Shown: piece after piece, positions 14,304-21,925 of the stretch
How positions within the stretch are numbered: position 1 is the stretch's first letter
How the letters are laid out: each line of letters starts with the position of its first letter
Notes under the pieces: model-generated
What the model was told of the DNA's origin: nothing
Database searches by the model: none
Seen by the model: the letters and a program-made list of their open reading frames with translations, nothing else
NCBI GenBank assembly: GCA_027021705.1
Contig: JALUTT010000175.1
Span: 1 to 21,925 of the forward strand
Direction: 5' to 3'
DNA: 21,925 bases
DNA from: Anaerolineae bacterium
GTDB lineage: Bacteria; Chloroflexota; Anaerolineae; S140-20
Position numbers and translations under genes: made by a program

Positions 14304-14377
14304 GGGGGCGGAGCGCGGTGATTACCCACAAGCGAGCGAGAGCGCTGTGGCCGCTGCGCCTGGGTGGTCCGTAGCAG

Positions 14378-14454
14378 GCCGTCCACGAATTTCTCACCAA
14401 TGCACGAATGAGGCGGTCCTTAATGCGTGTATTCGTGCCCCATTCGTGGACGGC
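14378..14454. repeat. Palindromic CACGAAT/ATTCGTG element
   Basis: 13-bp perfect outer inverted repeat GCCGTCCACGAAT/ATTCGTGGACGGC, with inner pair GCACGAAT/ATTCGTGC. It has the same ACGAAT core as the 4762-4992 array. Confidence 0.8.
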
Positions 14455-14570
14455 TAGTCTCCCTATCTCATCACCGGGGCGGAGTGGCGGTCTGGTGATT
14501 CCCCATAAGTCCCCGTTGAAAGGGGAATTCCGGCCTCTGGGGAGGCCGTCCGCTCCCCCGGCCTAGGCGA

Positions 14571-15590
14571 TCACCGAGAGGAGCGGTGGGTCTCTTGCTG
14601 GGAGAAGAGGAACTGCTCCGAGGAGGGTCCGTGGCCCTGGAAGACATCCAGCAGAGGGACGTCGGGATCGGCCACCACCCAGACCTTCCCCGGCAGGACC
14701 TGCACTTCGATCTCCTGCACCCCGGCGGTGATGGGCTCCCCGTCGGTGTGGATGGGCACAGGCACGTCGGTCTGCACGACCATGCGGCGGAAGCGGTCGA
14801 GGAGGATAGCCGGGTCGTAGATGTGCTCCCCCTTGATGGCCTTGGGGAGCAGGCGGAGGATGCCCGGGCGGCTCAGCGCCTTGGCGAACCCCACGTCGAG
14901 CTGGCCGTCGTCCACCTCGGCGAAGGGGGTGAGCCAGAAGCCGCCGCCGGTGCGCCGTCCGTTGCCTACGGTGATGAGCAGCATCCGCCCCTCCCGCGCC
15001 TTCCCGTCCCAGCGCACCCGGATGTAGGGCTGGACGTAGCGGTAGAGGGCCCGAAAGACGGCCACCAGGTAGATGAGGAAGCCTCGGCAACGGGAGATCC
15101 TGCGGCTCTCCAGGCTGACCTGGGCCTCGAAGCCGATGCCACAGTTGTTCACGAAGTAGCGCCCCCCCTGGTTGACGCCGCTCAGGCCGGGGCTCTGGAC
15201 GAGACCGGCGTCCAGCAGGCGACGCCGGTCCTGCAGCAGATGCTCCACCATCCCTTCCAGGTCGCGGGGGATGCGCAGGACTTCAGCCAGGTCGTTGCCG
15301 GAGCCAACGGGGAAGATGCCCATCGGGAGGGTCGTCCCGTTGGTGGCAGCCCGGCAGAGCCCGTTGGCGACCTCGTTGACGGTGCCATCTCCGCCGACGG
15401 CGACAATGGCCCGGTAGCGGCCGCTGCGGGCGGCCTCGTAGGCCAGGGCGATGCCATGCCCCGGCTCCTCGGTCCTGACCACCTCGTAATCCACCTGCCG
15501 CGCCTTGAGCACGGCTTCGAGGCGGGGCCAGGTCTTATTCGCCCCCCAGCGGTCGGCATAGGGATTGAGCACGAGGAAGTAGTCGGCCAT
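14571..15590 (-). CDS. Diacylglycerol kinase family lipid kinase (YegS/Rv2252/BmrU)
   Basis: LNP, GGDGTVNEVANG, PVGSGNDLA, GGGF and DDGQLDV/HTDGE motifs. Start at ATG 15590 with an AAGGAGG SD. TATAAT on the minus strand at 15707-15712. Confidence 0.92.
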   Translation of the reverse strand: MADYFLVLNPYADRWGANKTWPRLEAVLKARQVDYEVVRTEEPGHGIALAYEAARSGRYRAIVAVGGDGTVNEVANGLCRAATNGTTLPMGIFPVGSGNDLAEVLRIPRDLEGMVEHLLQDRRRLLDAGLVQSPGLSGVNQGGRYFVNNCGIGFEAQVSLESRRISRCRGFLIYLVAVFRALYRYVQPYIRVRWDGKAREGRMLLITVGNGRRTGGGFWLTPFAEVDDGQLDVGFAKALSRPGILRLLPKAIKGEHIYDPAILLDRFRRMVVQTDVPVPIHTDGEPITAGVQEIEVQVLPGKVWVVADPDVPLLDVFQGHGPSSEQFLFSQQETHRSSR

Positions 15591-15787
15591 CCTCTCCTCC
15601 TTTCTCCGCTCCAAGGTCTCCGACGCTGGGCACGTCAGCGCCCTCTTGGCGCCCCAGGGAACCCTGGGAACGCCGAGGGGTTCTGCTCGCTTGCTCCGGG
15701 ACCCCAATTATACCCGGAGGGGCGGTCTTGCGCCAGTTGTCAGCCCCAGTCCGCAGTCCCCAGCTCGGCTCACCAGCACCTCACCAG

Positions 15788-15909
15788 ACGGATTGGGATC
15801 AACCGCTTACGGAGTGGGCGTCTCCCATCCACCCCATCCGTTCTCAAATCCGCCGACAGCTATCCGCTCCCAAACGGATGGCCATCAACAGATCAGGAGA
15901 GCGACGGAG
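15788..15909. repeat. Degenerate ACGGAT/ATCCGY interspersed repeat cluster
   Basis: ACGGAT, ACGGAG, then ATCCAC, ATCCGT, ATCCGC, ATCCGC, then ACGGAT, ACAGAT, ACGGAG within about 120 bp of intergenic DNA. Confidence 0.5.
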
Positions 15910-15920
15910 AAGAATGCCCC

Positions 15921-15968
15921 CATAGAAAGAACACCGAGGGCCGGAGAAGCTTTCTCCGGCCCTCGGTG
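15921..15968 (-). terminator. Likely intrinsic terminator of the hydrogenase operon
   Basis: Perfect 17-bp stem CACCGAGGGCCGGAGAA-GCT-TTCTCCGGCCCTCGGTG (15932-15968), followed on the minus strand by TTCTTTCT, about 50 nt after the alpha-subunit stop. Confidence 0.75.
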
Positions 15969-16022
15969 CCTCAGTACCTCAGCACCTCGGTGCCCTCAGG
16001 GCCTCAGCACCTCGGTGCCTCA
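15961..16022. repeat. Octamer tract CCTCRGYR
   Basis: CCTCGGTG CCTCAGTA CCTCAGCA CCTCGGTG c CCTCAGGG CCTCAGCA CCTCGGTG CCTCA. The first unit is part of the terminator stem and the last supplies the TGA stop of the hydrogenase large subunit. Confidence 0.85.
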
Positions 16023-17333
16023 CTCCCCCCGGCGCACCCGCATCTTCAGGAAGTGGGTGGCGCAGGAGATGCAGGGATCGTAGTTGCGGATCAACTGCTC
16101 GCAGCGCCAGGTAGCATCCTCCAGGGGCAACTCCAGCACCGTCGGCACGAAGGCCCACAGATCGTCCTCCATCCGCTTCAGGTTCTGGGAGGTCGGCGGG
16201 ATGATCCGGGCCTCCTGGATCAGCCCCTCGTCGTCCAGCCGGTAGCGGTGGTAGAGCATCCCTCGGGGCGCTTCGGTGATGTGGCACCCCTCGCCCGCCC
16301 GAGGCGACACCGGCACGCGGCTGGGCACCGGCTCCTCGTAGCCCTCGATGAGCTGCAGCGCCTCCTCGAAGGCGTGGACCAACTCCAGCGACCGGGCGAC
16401 GATGCTCACGAAGGGGTTGTTGTTGGGGAAGGGGATGTCCAACCGCTCCATCGCCTCCTGGGCCTTCGGCGAGAGCTTCTCCCGGTTCAGGTTCACCCGG
16501 GCCAGCGGCCCCACCTGGTAGCTGCCCCCATCCACCCGCCGGGCGTGGAGGGCGTTGGAGTGGGCCACGTGCTCCTCGACGAAGTGCTCCTCGAAGGCTT
16601 CCATCGGGATCTCTAGCCCCCGAGAGGAGACCACCCGTCCCTCGTTCATCGGGTACTCGTCCGGGTGGGAGAGGGCGACGAACTCGTAGTCGGCGGTGAA
16701 GTCGGGGAAGGGGAGGCTGGCCGTCCAGGCCACCGTCTCCAGAGCCGCCTCCAGCCCCCACTCCAGGTCCTCCTTGAGTTTCAGCAGCTCCCGCCGGCGC
16801 GGGGCCCGGTAGAAGCCCCCCACGCAGGGGGAAACAGGATGGATCTCCCGCCCGCCGATGAGGGCCAGGAGCTCGTTGCCGATCTTCTTCATCCGCAGCC
16901 CCCGCTCGACCACGGGCCGCAGATCCGGCTCGGCGGCCATCGAGATGGCGCTCTCGTAGCCCAGGAAGTCGGGGGCGTGGAGCAGGTAGACGTGGAGGGC
17001 GTGGCTCTCGATCCACTCGGCGCAGTAGAGCAGGCGGCGCAGCGCCCGGATGGCCGGCGTGGTGGTGACCCCCAGCGCCTTCTCCAGGGCGTGGGCCGAG
17101 CTCATCTGGTAGGCCACGGGGCAGATGCCGCAGATGCGGGCGGTGATGTCAGGAGCATCCTGGAAGCCGCGCCCCCGCAGGAAGGCCTCGAAGAAGCGGG
17201 GCGGCTCGAAGATGCGCAGCTCCAGGTGGGTGATCCGACCATCCTCCACCACAATGTCCAGCGCCCCCTCGCCCTCCACCCGGGCCAGGTAGTCCACCTT
17301 GATCTGCTTGACCGTCTCCGTCGCCCTCGTCAT
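16020..17333 (-). CDS. hydA: Group 3b [NiFe]-hydrogenase (sulfhydrogenase) large/alpha subunit
   Basis: ARVEGEG, L1 motif RICGICP and L2 motif DPCISCATH with a short cleavable C-terminal extension. Operon order is beta-gamma-delta-alpha. Confidence 0.95.
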   Translation of the reverse strand: MTRATETVKQIKVDYLARVEGEGALDIVVEDGRITHLELRIFEPPRFFEAFLRGRGFQDAPDITARICGICPVAYQMSSAHALEKALGVTTTPAIRALRRLLYCAEWIESHALHVYLLHAPDFLGYESAISMAAEPDLRPVVERGLRMKKIGNELLALIGGREIHPVSPCVGGFYRAPRRRELLKLKEDLEWGLEAALETVAWTASLPFPDFTADYEFVALSHPDEYPMNEGRVVSSRGLEIPMEAFEEHFVEEHVAHSNALHARRVDGGSYQVGPLARVNLNREKLSPKAQEAMERLDIPFPNNNPFVSIVARSLELVHAFEEALQLIEGYEEPVPSRVPVSPRAGEGCHITEAPRGMLYHRYRLDDEGLIQEARIIPPTSQNLKRMEDDLWAFVPTVLELPLEDATWRCEQLIRNYDPCISCATHFLKMRVRRGE

Positions 17334-18145
17334 CGGCGCACCTCCTCGAACTGGTCACTGGCCACCCGGAAGGCCTCGGCGTACCCGGTGAAGCCCCGGA
17401 AGAGGCGGACGATCTCCCCGGAGGAGGCCCCCAGGTCCTGGAAGCGCCGGCCCAGCACCTCGGCGTTGGGCGCTTCCATCGGGCCGTAGCAGCCGTAGCA
17501 GCCCCGGTTGTAGGCCGGGCAGATGGCCCCACAGCCCGCCTGGGTGACCGGCCCCAGACAGGGGATGCCCTGGGCGACCATCACGCAGACGGTTCCCCGG
17601 CGCTTGCACTCCAAGCAGACGCTGTGGGTCGGCACGCGGGGCTGCCGCCCGATGAGCAGCGCCGTGATCAGGTCCAGAAGCTGGGCCTTGTTGATGGGAC
17701 ACCCCCGCAGCTCGAAGTCCACCGTGACGTGGTCGCTGATGGGGGTGGAGGTCTCCAGGGTGTCAATGTAGGCGGGCGTGGCGTAGACAAGGCGGACGAA
17801 CTCATCCACATCCCGCCAGTTCCGCAGCGCCTGGATGCCACCGGCCGTGGCGCAAGCCCCGATGGTCACCAGGAACCGGGACTGCCGCCGCACCTCCTGG
17901 ATCCGCTCGGCCTCCTCGGGCGTGGTGATGGAGCCCTCGACCAGGGTGACGTCGTAGGGACCCTCCAGCATCTGCCGCCGGGCCTCGACGAAGTAGGCGA
18001 TCTCCACCTCGCCGGCCACGGCCAGCAGCTCGTCCTCGGCATCCAGCAGGGAGAGCTGGCAGCCATCGCAGGAGGCGAACTTGAAGACCGCCAGCCGGGG
18101 CTTTCGCCGCTCCTCCGCATTCTCGTTCGCTCTTCGCTCGCTCAT
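17330..18145 (-). CDS. hydD: Group 3b [NiFe]-hydrogenase small/delta subunit
   Basis: [44 protein letters not shown] and CYGCYG. Start at ATG 18145 (TGATG overlap, GGAGG SD). Confidence 0.92.
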   Translation of the reverse strand: MSERRANENAEERRKPRLAVFKFASCDGCQLSLLDAEDELLAVAGEVEIAYFVEARRQMLEGPYDVTLVEGSITTPEEAERIQEVRRQSRFLVTIGACATAGGIQALRNWRDVDEFVRLVYATPAYIDTLETSTPISDHVTVDFELRGCPINKAQLLDLITALLIGRQPRVPTHSVCLECKRRGTVCVMVAQGIPCLGPVTQAGCGAICPAYNRGCYGCYGPMEAPNAEVLGRRFQDLGASSGEIVRLFRGFTGYAEAFRVASDQFEEVRR

Positions 18146-19020
18146 CAGAAGTCCTCCACACCGAAGAAGGGTTCGACCTGGGCGTAGGAGAAGACCGGCC
18201 CCTCCTTGCAGACGAAGGTCGGCCCAAACTGGCAGTGGCCGCAGAAGCCCACGCCACACTTCATATTGCGCTCCATCGAGATGTAGATCCGCTCCTGGGG
18301 GATCCGGCGGGCCAGGGCCTCATAGATGACGAAGCGCATCATAATCTCCGGGCCGCAGGTCAGCACCGTCGTCCGCTTCGGGTCCAGCCGGATGTGGTAG
18401 AAGAGCATCGGCACGACGCCGACGTGGCCCTTCCAGCGGGCATCGGCACGGTCCACCGTGGTGTGGACCTGGATGTCGTGGGCCTCCCAGGCCTCGAACT
18501 CGTCGGTGTACAGCATATCGGCCGGCGTCCGAGCCCCGTAGAGGAGGATGACCCGCCCGAAGTCGGCCCGATGCCGGATGACGTCGTAGATCACGGGGCG
18601 CAGGGGGGCCAGCCCGATCCCGCCGGTGACGATGCAGAGGTCCTGCCCCCGCAGCCGCTCCAGAGGCCAGGCGCTGCCGTAGGGGCCGCGCACCCCGATC
18701 ACGTCGCCCACCTGGAGCCGGCTGATGGCCCGGGTGACGTTGCCGGCGTAGCGGATGGTGTGGCCCATCCGCCCCGGCTCCCCGGGATCGGAGCTGATGG
18801 AAATGGGCACCTCGCCGATGCCGGGCAGGTAGAGCATGTTGAACTGGCCGGGGCGGAAGCGGTAACGCTGCTGCAGCGCCTCATCCTCAAAGACGAGGGT
18901 GTAGGTGGTGATGGCGTAGGCTTCCTCTTTGATCTCCACCACGCGGGCGGGGTAGGGGAGCATCGGCCCGACCTCTCCCACCGGTGATGTCGCCGTAGAT
19001 GCTGTCGTCTGTGCAATCAT
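18145..19020 (-). CDS. hydG: Group 3b [NiFe]-hydrogenase gamma subunit (FAD/NAD(P)-binding, 2Fe-2S)
   Basis: [28 protein letters not shown] and [15 protein letters not shown]...CKEGPVF. Start at ATG 19020, overlapping the beta stop. Confidence 0.92.
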   Translation of the reverse strand: MIAQTTASTATSPVGEVGPMLPYPARVVEIKEEAYAITTYTLVFEDEALQQRYRFRPGQFNMLYLPGIGEVPISISSDPGEPGRMGHTIRYAGNVTRAISRLQVGDVIGVRGPYGSAWPLERLRGQDLCIVTGGIGLAPLRPVIYDVIRHRADFGRVILLYGARTPADMLYTDEFEAWEAHDIQVHTTVDRADARWKGHVGVVPMLFYHIRLDPKRTTVLTCGPEIMMRFVIYEALARRIPQERIYISMERNMKCGVGFCGHCQFGPTFVCKEGPVFSYAQVEPFFGVEDF

Positions 19021-20141
19021 TTCGCGCCCTCCGTTCGGATGGCGTTCACCTCTTCCGTGATGTCTATCCCCACCGGGCACCAGGTGATGCAGCGCCCGCA
19101 GCCCACGCAGCCCGAGACGCCGAACTGGTCAATCCACGAGGCCAGCTTGTGGGTGAGCCACTGACGGTAGCGGGAGCGGGTGGCGGGCCGGATGTTGCCC
19201 CCGTGGACGTGGGAGAACTCCAGGCTGAAGCAGGAATCCCAGACCCGCACGCGCCCCGTCTTCTGCCCCGTCAGGTCGCTCACCTCGACCACGTCGCTGC
19301 AGAAGCAGGTGGGGCAGACCTGGGTGCAGTTGGTGCAGGAGAGGCAGCGCTGCGCCACCTCATCCCAGCGGGGGTGCTCCAGGTTCTGGTAGAGCAGGTT
19401 GGGCAGGTCCGACGTCTCCATCCGGCGGCCCATCCGCTGCTCCGCCTCGGCCATCGCCTGGCGAGCCGCTTGCAACTCGAAGGCACCGGCCGGTCGCCAG
19501 TCCAGGCCGGCCAGGACCTGTCGGCCCACCTCGGAGCCGACTTCCACCAGGAAGACCTCCTCCAGTTCGGTAAGGGCCAGGTCGAAGCCAGGACCGACCC
19601 GGGGGCCTGTGCGCATCGAGGCGCAGAAGCAGGTTCCGCCGGGCTCCGTGCAGTTCACCGCCAGGATGAACGCGCCCTGGCGACAGGCCTTGTAGTGGGG
19701 CTCCTGGTAAGGGCCGCCCAGGAAGACCCGGTCCTGGACGGCAATGGCCTGGAGTTCGCAGGCCCGCACACCGATGAAGGCGTAGCGAGGGGTCTCCTCG
19801 GAAGGGGCCGCCACCTTGAAGGTGCCGTTCCGCCGCTCGACGGAGAAGAGGGTCATGACGGGCGGGTAGAGGTACTTCTTCCAGGAGTGCGGCCCGACCA
19901 CGTAGCCGAAGTAGGCCCCGTCGTCGCGGCGCCGCAGGCGGTAGGTCCCCGCCTCCTGCTCATCCCCCCAGCCGATAGGGAGGTCGTCCACGCCCTCGAT
20001 CTCGTCGTAGATGATGGCCCCTTCGCCCAACGTCGGCCCGACCAGGGTGTAGCCCATCCCCCGCAGGGCGTCGAAGATGCCCTGGAGGTCCTCCTTGGGA
20101 ATGCTGACGTAAGCACCGAGCATAGGCGCTGTGTCGGTCAT
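19017..20141 (-). CDS. hydB: Group 3b [NiFe]-hydrogenase beta subunit (4Fe-4S dicluster)
   Basis: GVRACEL, NC...[27 protein letters not shown] and [26 protein letters not shown]. Confidence 0.93.
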   Translation of the reverse strand: MTDTAPMLGAYVSIPKEDLQGIFDALRGMGYTLVGPTLGEGAIIYDEIEGVDDLPIGWGDEQEAGTYRLRRRDDGAYFGYVVGPHSWKKYLYPPVMTLFSVERRNGTFKVAAPSEETPRYAFIGVRACELQAIAVQDRVFLGGPYQEPHYKACRQGAFILAVNCTEPGGTCFCASMRTGPRVGPGFDLALTELEEVFLVEVGSEVGRQVLAGLDWRPAGAFELQAARQAMAEAEQRMGRRMETSDLPNLLYQNLEHPRWDEVAQRCLSCTNCTQVCPTCFCSDVVEVSDLTGQKTGRVRVWDSCFSLEFSHVHGGNIRPATRSRYRQWLTHKLASWIDQFGVSGCVGCGRCITWCPVGIDITEEVNAIRTEGAK

Positions 20142-20159
20142 CGTTCCTCCTTTGCGGAC

Positions 20160-20633
20160 CTATCCTTCGCCGCCTGGGGCGAAAACGTCCAGGAGCTGCA
20201 TGCGGGTGGCCTTCAGCCGGTCGGCGATCACCTCGGCCACGCGCCAGAGGATGGCGTATCCCAGATCGTGGTCCGCCTGACAGGCCTCCCGCAGTTGGGT
20301 CGCGTTGATGGCGATGGCCCGGACGGGGGTGACCGCCCGACCGCTGGCCGTCTTGCGCCGGGGTGGGAAGATGGAAGACCAGCCCAACAGTTGGCCCGGC
20401 CCCACCGTGAGGACGGTCACCCGCCCCCGGCCCGGCACGTGGATCTCGACGGCGACCCGTCCCTCCTGGATCAGGTAGACCACGTCGCCCATATCCCCTT
20501 CCCGGAAGATGGTCTCTCCCTCCGCGAAGGAGACCTCCGTGGCCATCGAGGCCAGCTTCTCCAGGTGGCGAGGCTCCAGGTCCCGGGTGAACTCCATCGC
20601 CTGAAGCGCCTGCAGCACGCTTTCCGTTGCCAT
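20160..20633 (-). CDS. Stand-alone cyclic nucleotide-binding domain protein (Crp/Fnr-like sensor domain, no HTH), 157 aa
   Basis: IFREGD..D.VYLI.EGRV and GPGQLLGWSS motifs, ending RLKATRMQLLDVF. Start at ATG 20633 with an AAGGAGG SD. Confidence 0.88.
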   Translation of the reverse strand: MATESVLQALQAMEFTRDLEPRHLEKLASMATEVSFAEGETIFREGDMGDVVYLIQEGRVAVEIHVPGRGRVTVLTVGPGQLLGWSSIFPPRRKTASGRAVTPVRAIAINATQLREACQADHDLGYAILWRVAEVIADRLKATRMQLLDVFAPGGEG

Positions 20634-20681
20634 AGGGTGCTCCTCCTTCCACGCTTCTATCGGGCTTCCGTCACGATAGCT

Positions 20682-20697
20682 TGTGACACTTGTCACA
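20682..20697. promoter_or_regulatory. TGTGA-N6-TCACA operator (Crp-family or Rex-like)
   Basis: TGTGACA-CT-TGTCACA is a perfect 7-bp inverted repeat about 50 nt upstream of the first hydrogenase-operon gene. It abuts a minus-strand TATTAT (20697-20702). Confidence 0.7.
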
Positions 20698-20788
20698 TAA
20701 TACCGGAAAAGGGGCCGGCTTTCCCAGTGTCATTCGTCCTGAAGGCACGGGAGGTTCGTCACTTGCGATGGGAGCAGCGGCCTACTTC

Positions 20789-20817
20789 AGGATACCCCAT
20801 AAAGGAGCAAAAGTCAA
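20789..20817 (-). promoter_or_regulatory. Sigma70-type promoter candidate for the hydrogenase operon
   Basis: TTGACT-17 nt-TATCCT on the minus strand. Confidence 0.55.
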
Positions 20818-21182
20818 CAAGCAGAAAGGCCAGGTTGGCAACCCAACTCAGGAGGGCCTCCGCCGTCCGGTGCAGCGGGTTTATGGCCCGACCGTAGCAC
20901 ACGGCCTGGGGCCACATCTGGGCGGCGACCTCGGCCCGGCGTCGGTGCGTCTCGACGAGGGCCTCGCCCTCCCCTCCTCGGCGACTCGCGCGGGCTCTCT
21001 GTCTCCTGTCTATGGATACGCACCGAGGAGGGACTTGGGTTCGGTGAAGTGCCGTCTCTTGGGGTGGGCAATCACCCGACCCAGCCGCGAGCGTATCGAG
21101 TTGGGGACCTACAGGTCGCCGAAATGGGCTCTGGGCTTCGTAAAATGGTCGAAAAAGGGGGGGGAGCTTGCCCATAATGAAT

Positions 21183-21219
21183 TTGAGCCAACCCGCGAAA
21201 TAGGGTACAATGTACCCTA
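21183..21219 (+). promoter_or_regulatory. Sigma70-type promoter with a 19-bp palindromic operator over the -10 box
   Basis: TTGAGC-17 nt-TACAAT (21183-21211) and TAGGGTACA-A-TGTACCCTA (21201-21219). Confidence 0.65.
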
Positions 21220-21246
21220 CTCTCTTTCACCGCGAGGTTGGCTCCT

Positions 21247-21925
21247 ATGCATTGTACTACAAAACCCCCGATTGTTCAACTGATCCAGCTTCGTCTGCAC
21301 GCCCTGGTGGTGCTCAGCCTTCTTGTCCTGGCCGTCCTCGGCTCCATGCCTGAAAGCCAGGCGGGCTGGCTCACCTGCCCGCCCCAGGTGGTGGTGGTTC
21401 CAGGAGGCCAACGGTATGGGCGACGCCATAGCCCGAGGTGTGACGGCGTCCATCCCGGTGCCGGCCGGTGGTCTCTGTCTCACACCTGGCATATCCCCCT
21501 TCTGCGCAGCCTGTTGCTGGGAGGCTTGTGGCATCTCAGCGGCCAGGAGGGGCCGGCCTGGGTGAGCCTGATCCCCTGGGTGCAGTGGCTGTGGCAAGGT
21601 GGGGGGCGGTGGTGGCCCTGGCTGCTTCATCAGCCCGAATGGCAGGCGGTGCGCTGGCTGCTGGGGCAGGGGCAGCCCCTGGCAATCGCCGCCCTGGCCG
21701 GGCTGAGCTTGGGGGCGCTGCTGAGGGGCGAGGTGGTGACCTTCCCCCTGCCGGCGATGGGGAAGGGGGGTGGAGGCCCCGGCCTCTGGACGATGGGGCT
21801 GGGCTGCGCCCTCTGTGGTCAGGAAGAGCCGTGGGTCGAGGTGGTGCGGGAAGAGGACGGGAGCTACAGGGCCACCCTCTGCGGCCACTTCACCCTTTCG
21901 GTCAGGGGAGACCATCCCTTTCGGA
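21247..21925 (+). CDS. Hypothetical protein, 5' part (hydrophobic, Trp-rich N-terminus, CxxC), runs off window
   Basis: Not in the ORF track. The frame is open for 226 codons from ATG 21247 to the window end (MHCTTKPPIVQLIQLRLHALVVLSLLVLAVLG...GCALCGQEEPWVEVVREEDGSYRATLCGHFTLSVRGDHPFR). Codon use is CTG/GTG-rich, with a GAGG SD and a promoter upstream. Confidence 0.7.
   Translation, partial: MHCTTKPPIVQLIQLRLHALVVLSLLVLAVLGSMPESQAGWLTCPPQVVVVPGGQRYGRRHSPRCDGVHPGAGRWSLSHTWHIPLLRSLLLGGLWHLSGQEGPAWVSLIPWVQWLWQGGGRWWPWLLHQPEWQAVRWLLGQGQPLAIAALAGLSLGALLRGEVVTFPLPAMGKGGGGPGLWTMGLGCALCGQEEPWVEVVREEDGSYRATLCGHFTLSVRGDHPFR
21251..21279 (-). promoter_or_regulatory. Antisense sigma70-type promoter inside the first codons of the 21247 ORF
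   Basis: TTGAAC-17 nt-TACAAT on the minus strand. Confidence 0.55.

Noticed and set aside
21127..21145. IS6-like terminal inverted repeat (GGCTCTG...)
   Set aside because: Only 7 nt match and no partner end lies within the window.
21201..21219. Assignment of the palindrome to DtxR/IdeR or CIRCE
   Set aside because: Only partial similarity to the DtxR box and none to CIRCE, so the regulator is left unassigned.
20690..21283. ORFs 20690-21283 (+), 20759-21175 (-) and 20814-21071 (-)
   Set aside because: No motifs, atypical codon use, and they overlap promoter/operator signals. Treated as intergenic or an unrecognisable relic.
21217..21915. Minus-strand 232-aa ORF
   Set aside because: The plus-strand frame from 21247 has better codon usage, a promoter and an SD, so this is its shadow.

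Overview
GC-rich bacterial DNA, most likely Chloroflexota (Anaerolineae-like; inferred from the gene content). Almost all genes lie on the minus strand, in four blocks. (1) 1-4630 is an accessory conflict/defence island. In transcription order it holds an AbiEi/AbiEii type IV toxin-antitoxin pair, a trypsin-like protease with a RHIM/amyloid-like motif and a C-terminal zinc ribbon, a Ser/Thr kinase-coiled coil-FGE/C-type-lectin protein, and the start of a RAYT/Y1 (IS200-like) transposase that runs off the window. The 3' end of the kinase gene looks like a diversity-generating-retroelement variable region, and two copies of a 33-bp REP-like palindrome bracket the gene. (2) 4971-14236 is a translationally coupled surface-glycosylation operon: a GT2, an alkaline-phosphatase-superfamily enzyme, and two large GT-C-type membrane proteins with repeated C-terminal Ig-like domains. 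(3) 14571-15590 is a DAG-kinase-family lipid kinase. (4) 16020-20633 is a group 3b [NiFe]-hydrogenase operon led by a stand-alone cNMP-binding protein, with a TGTGA-N6-TCACA operator. A divergent ORF missed by the ORF track starts at 21247 and has convergent promoters. Several unrelated 7-8 nt repeat tracts occur in spacers, over stop/start codons and in-frame inside genes. Most of the long ORF-track ORFs are GC-rich shadow frames.
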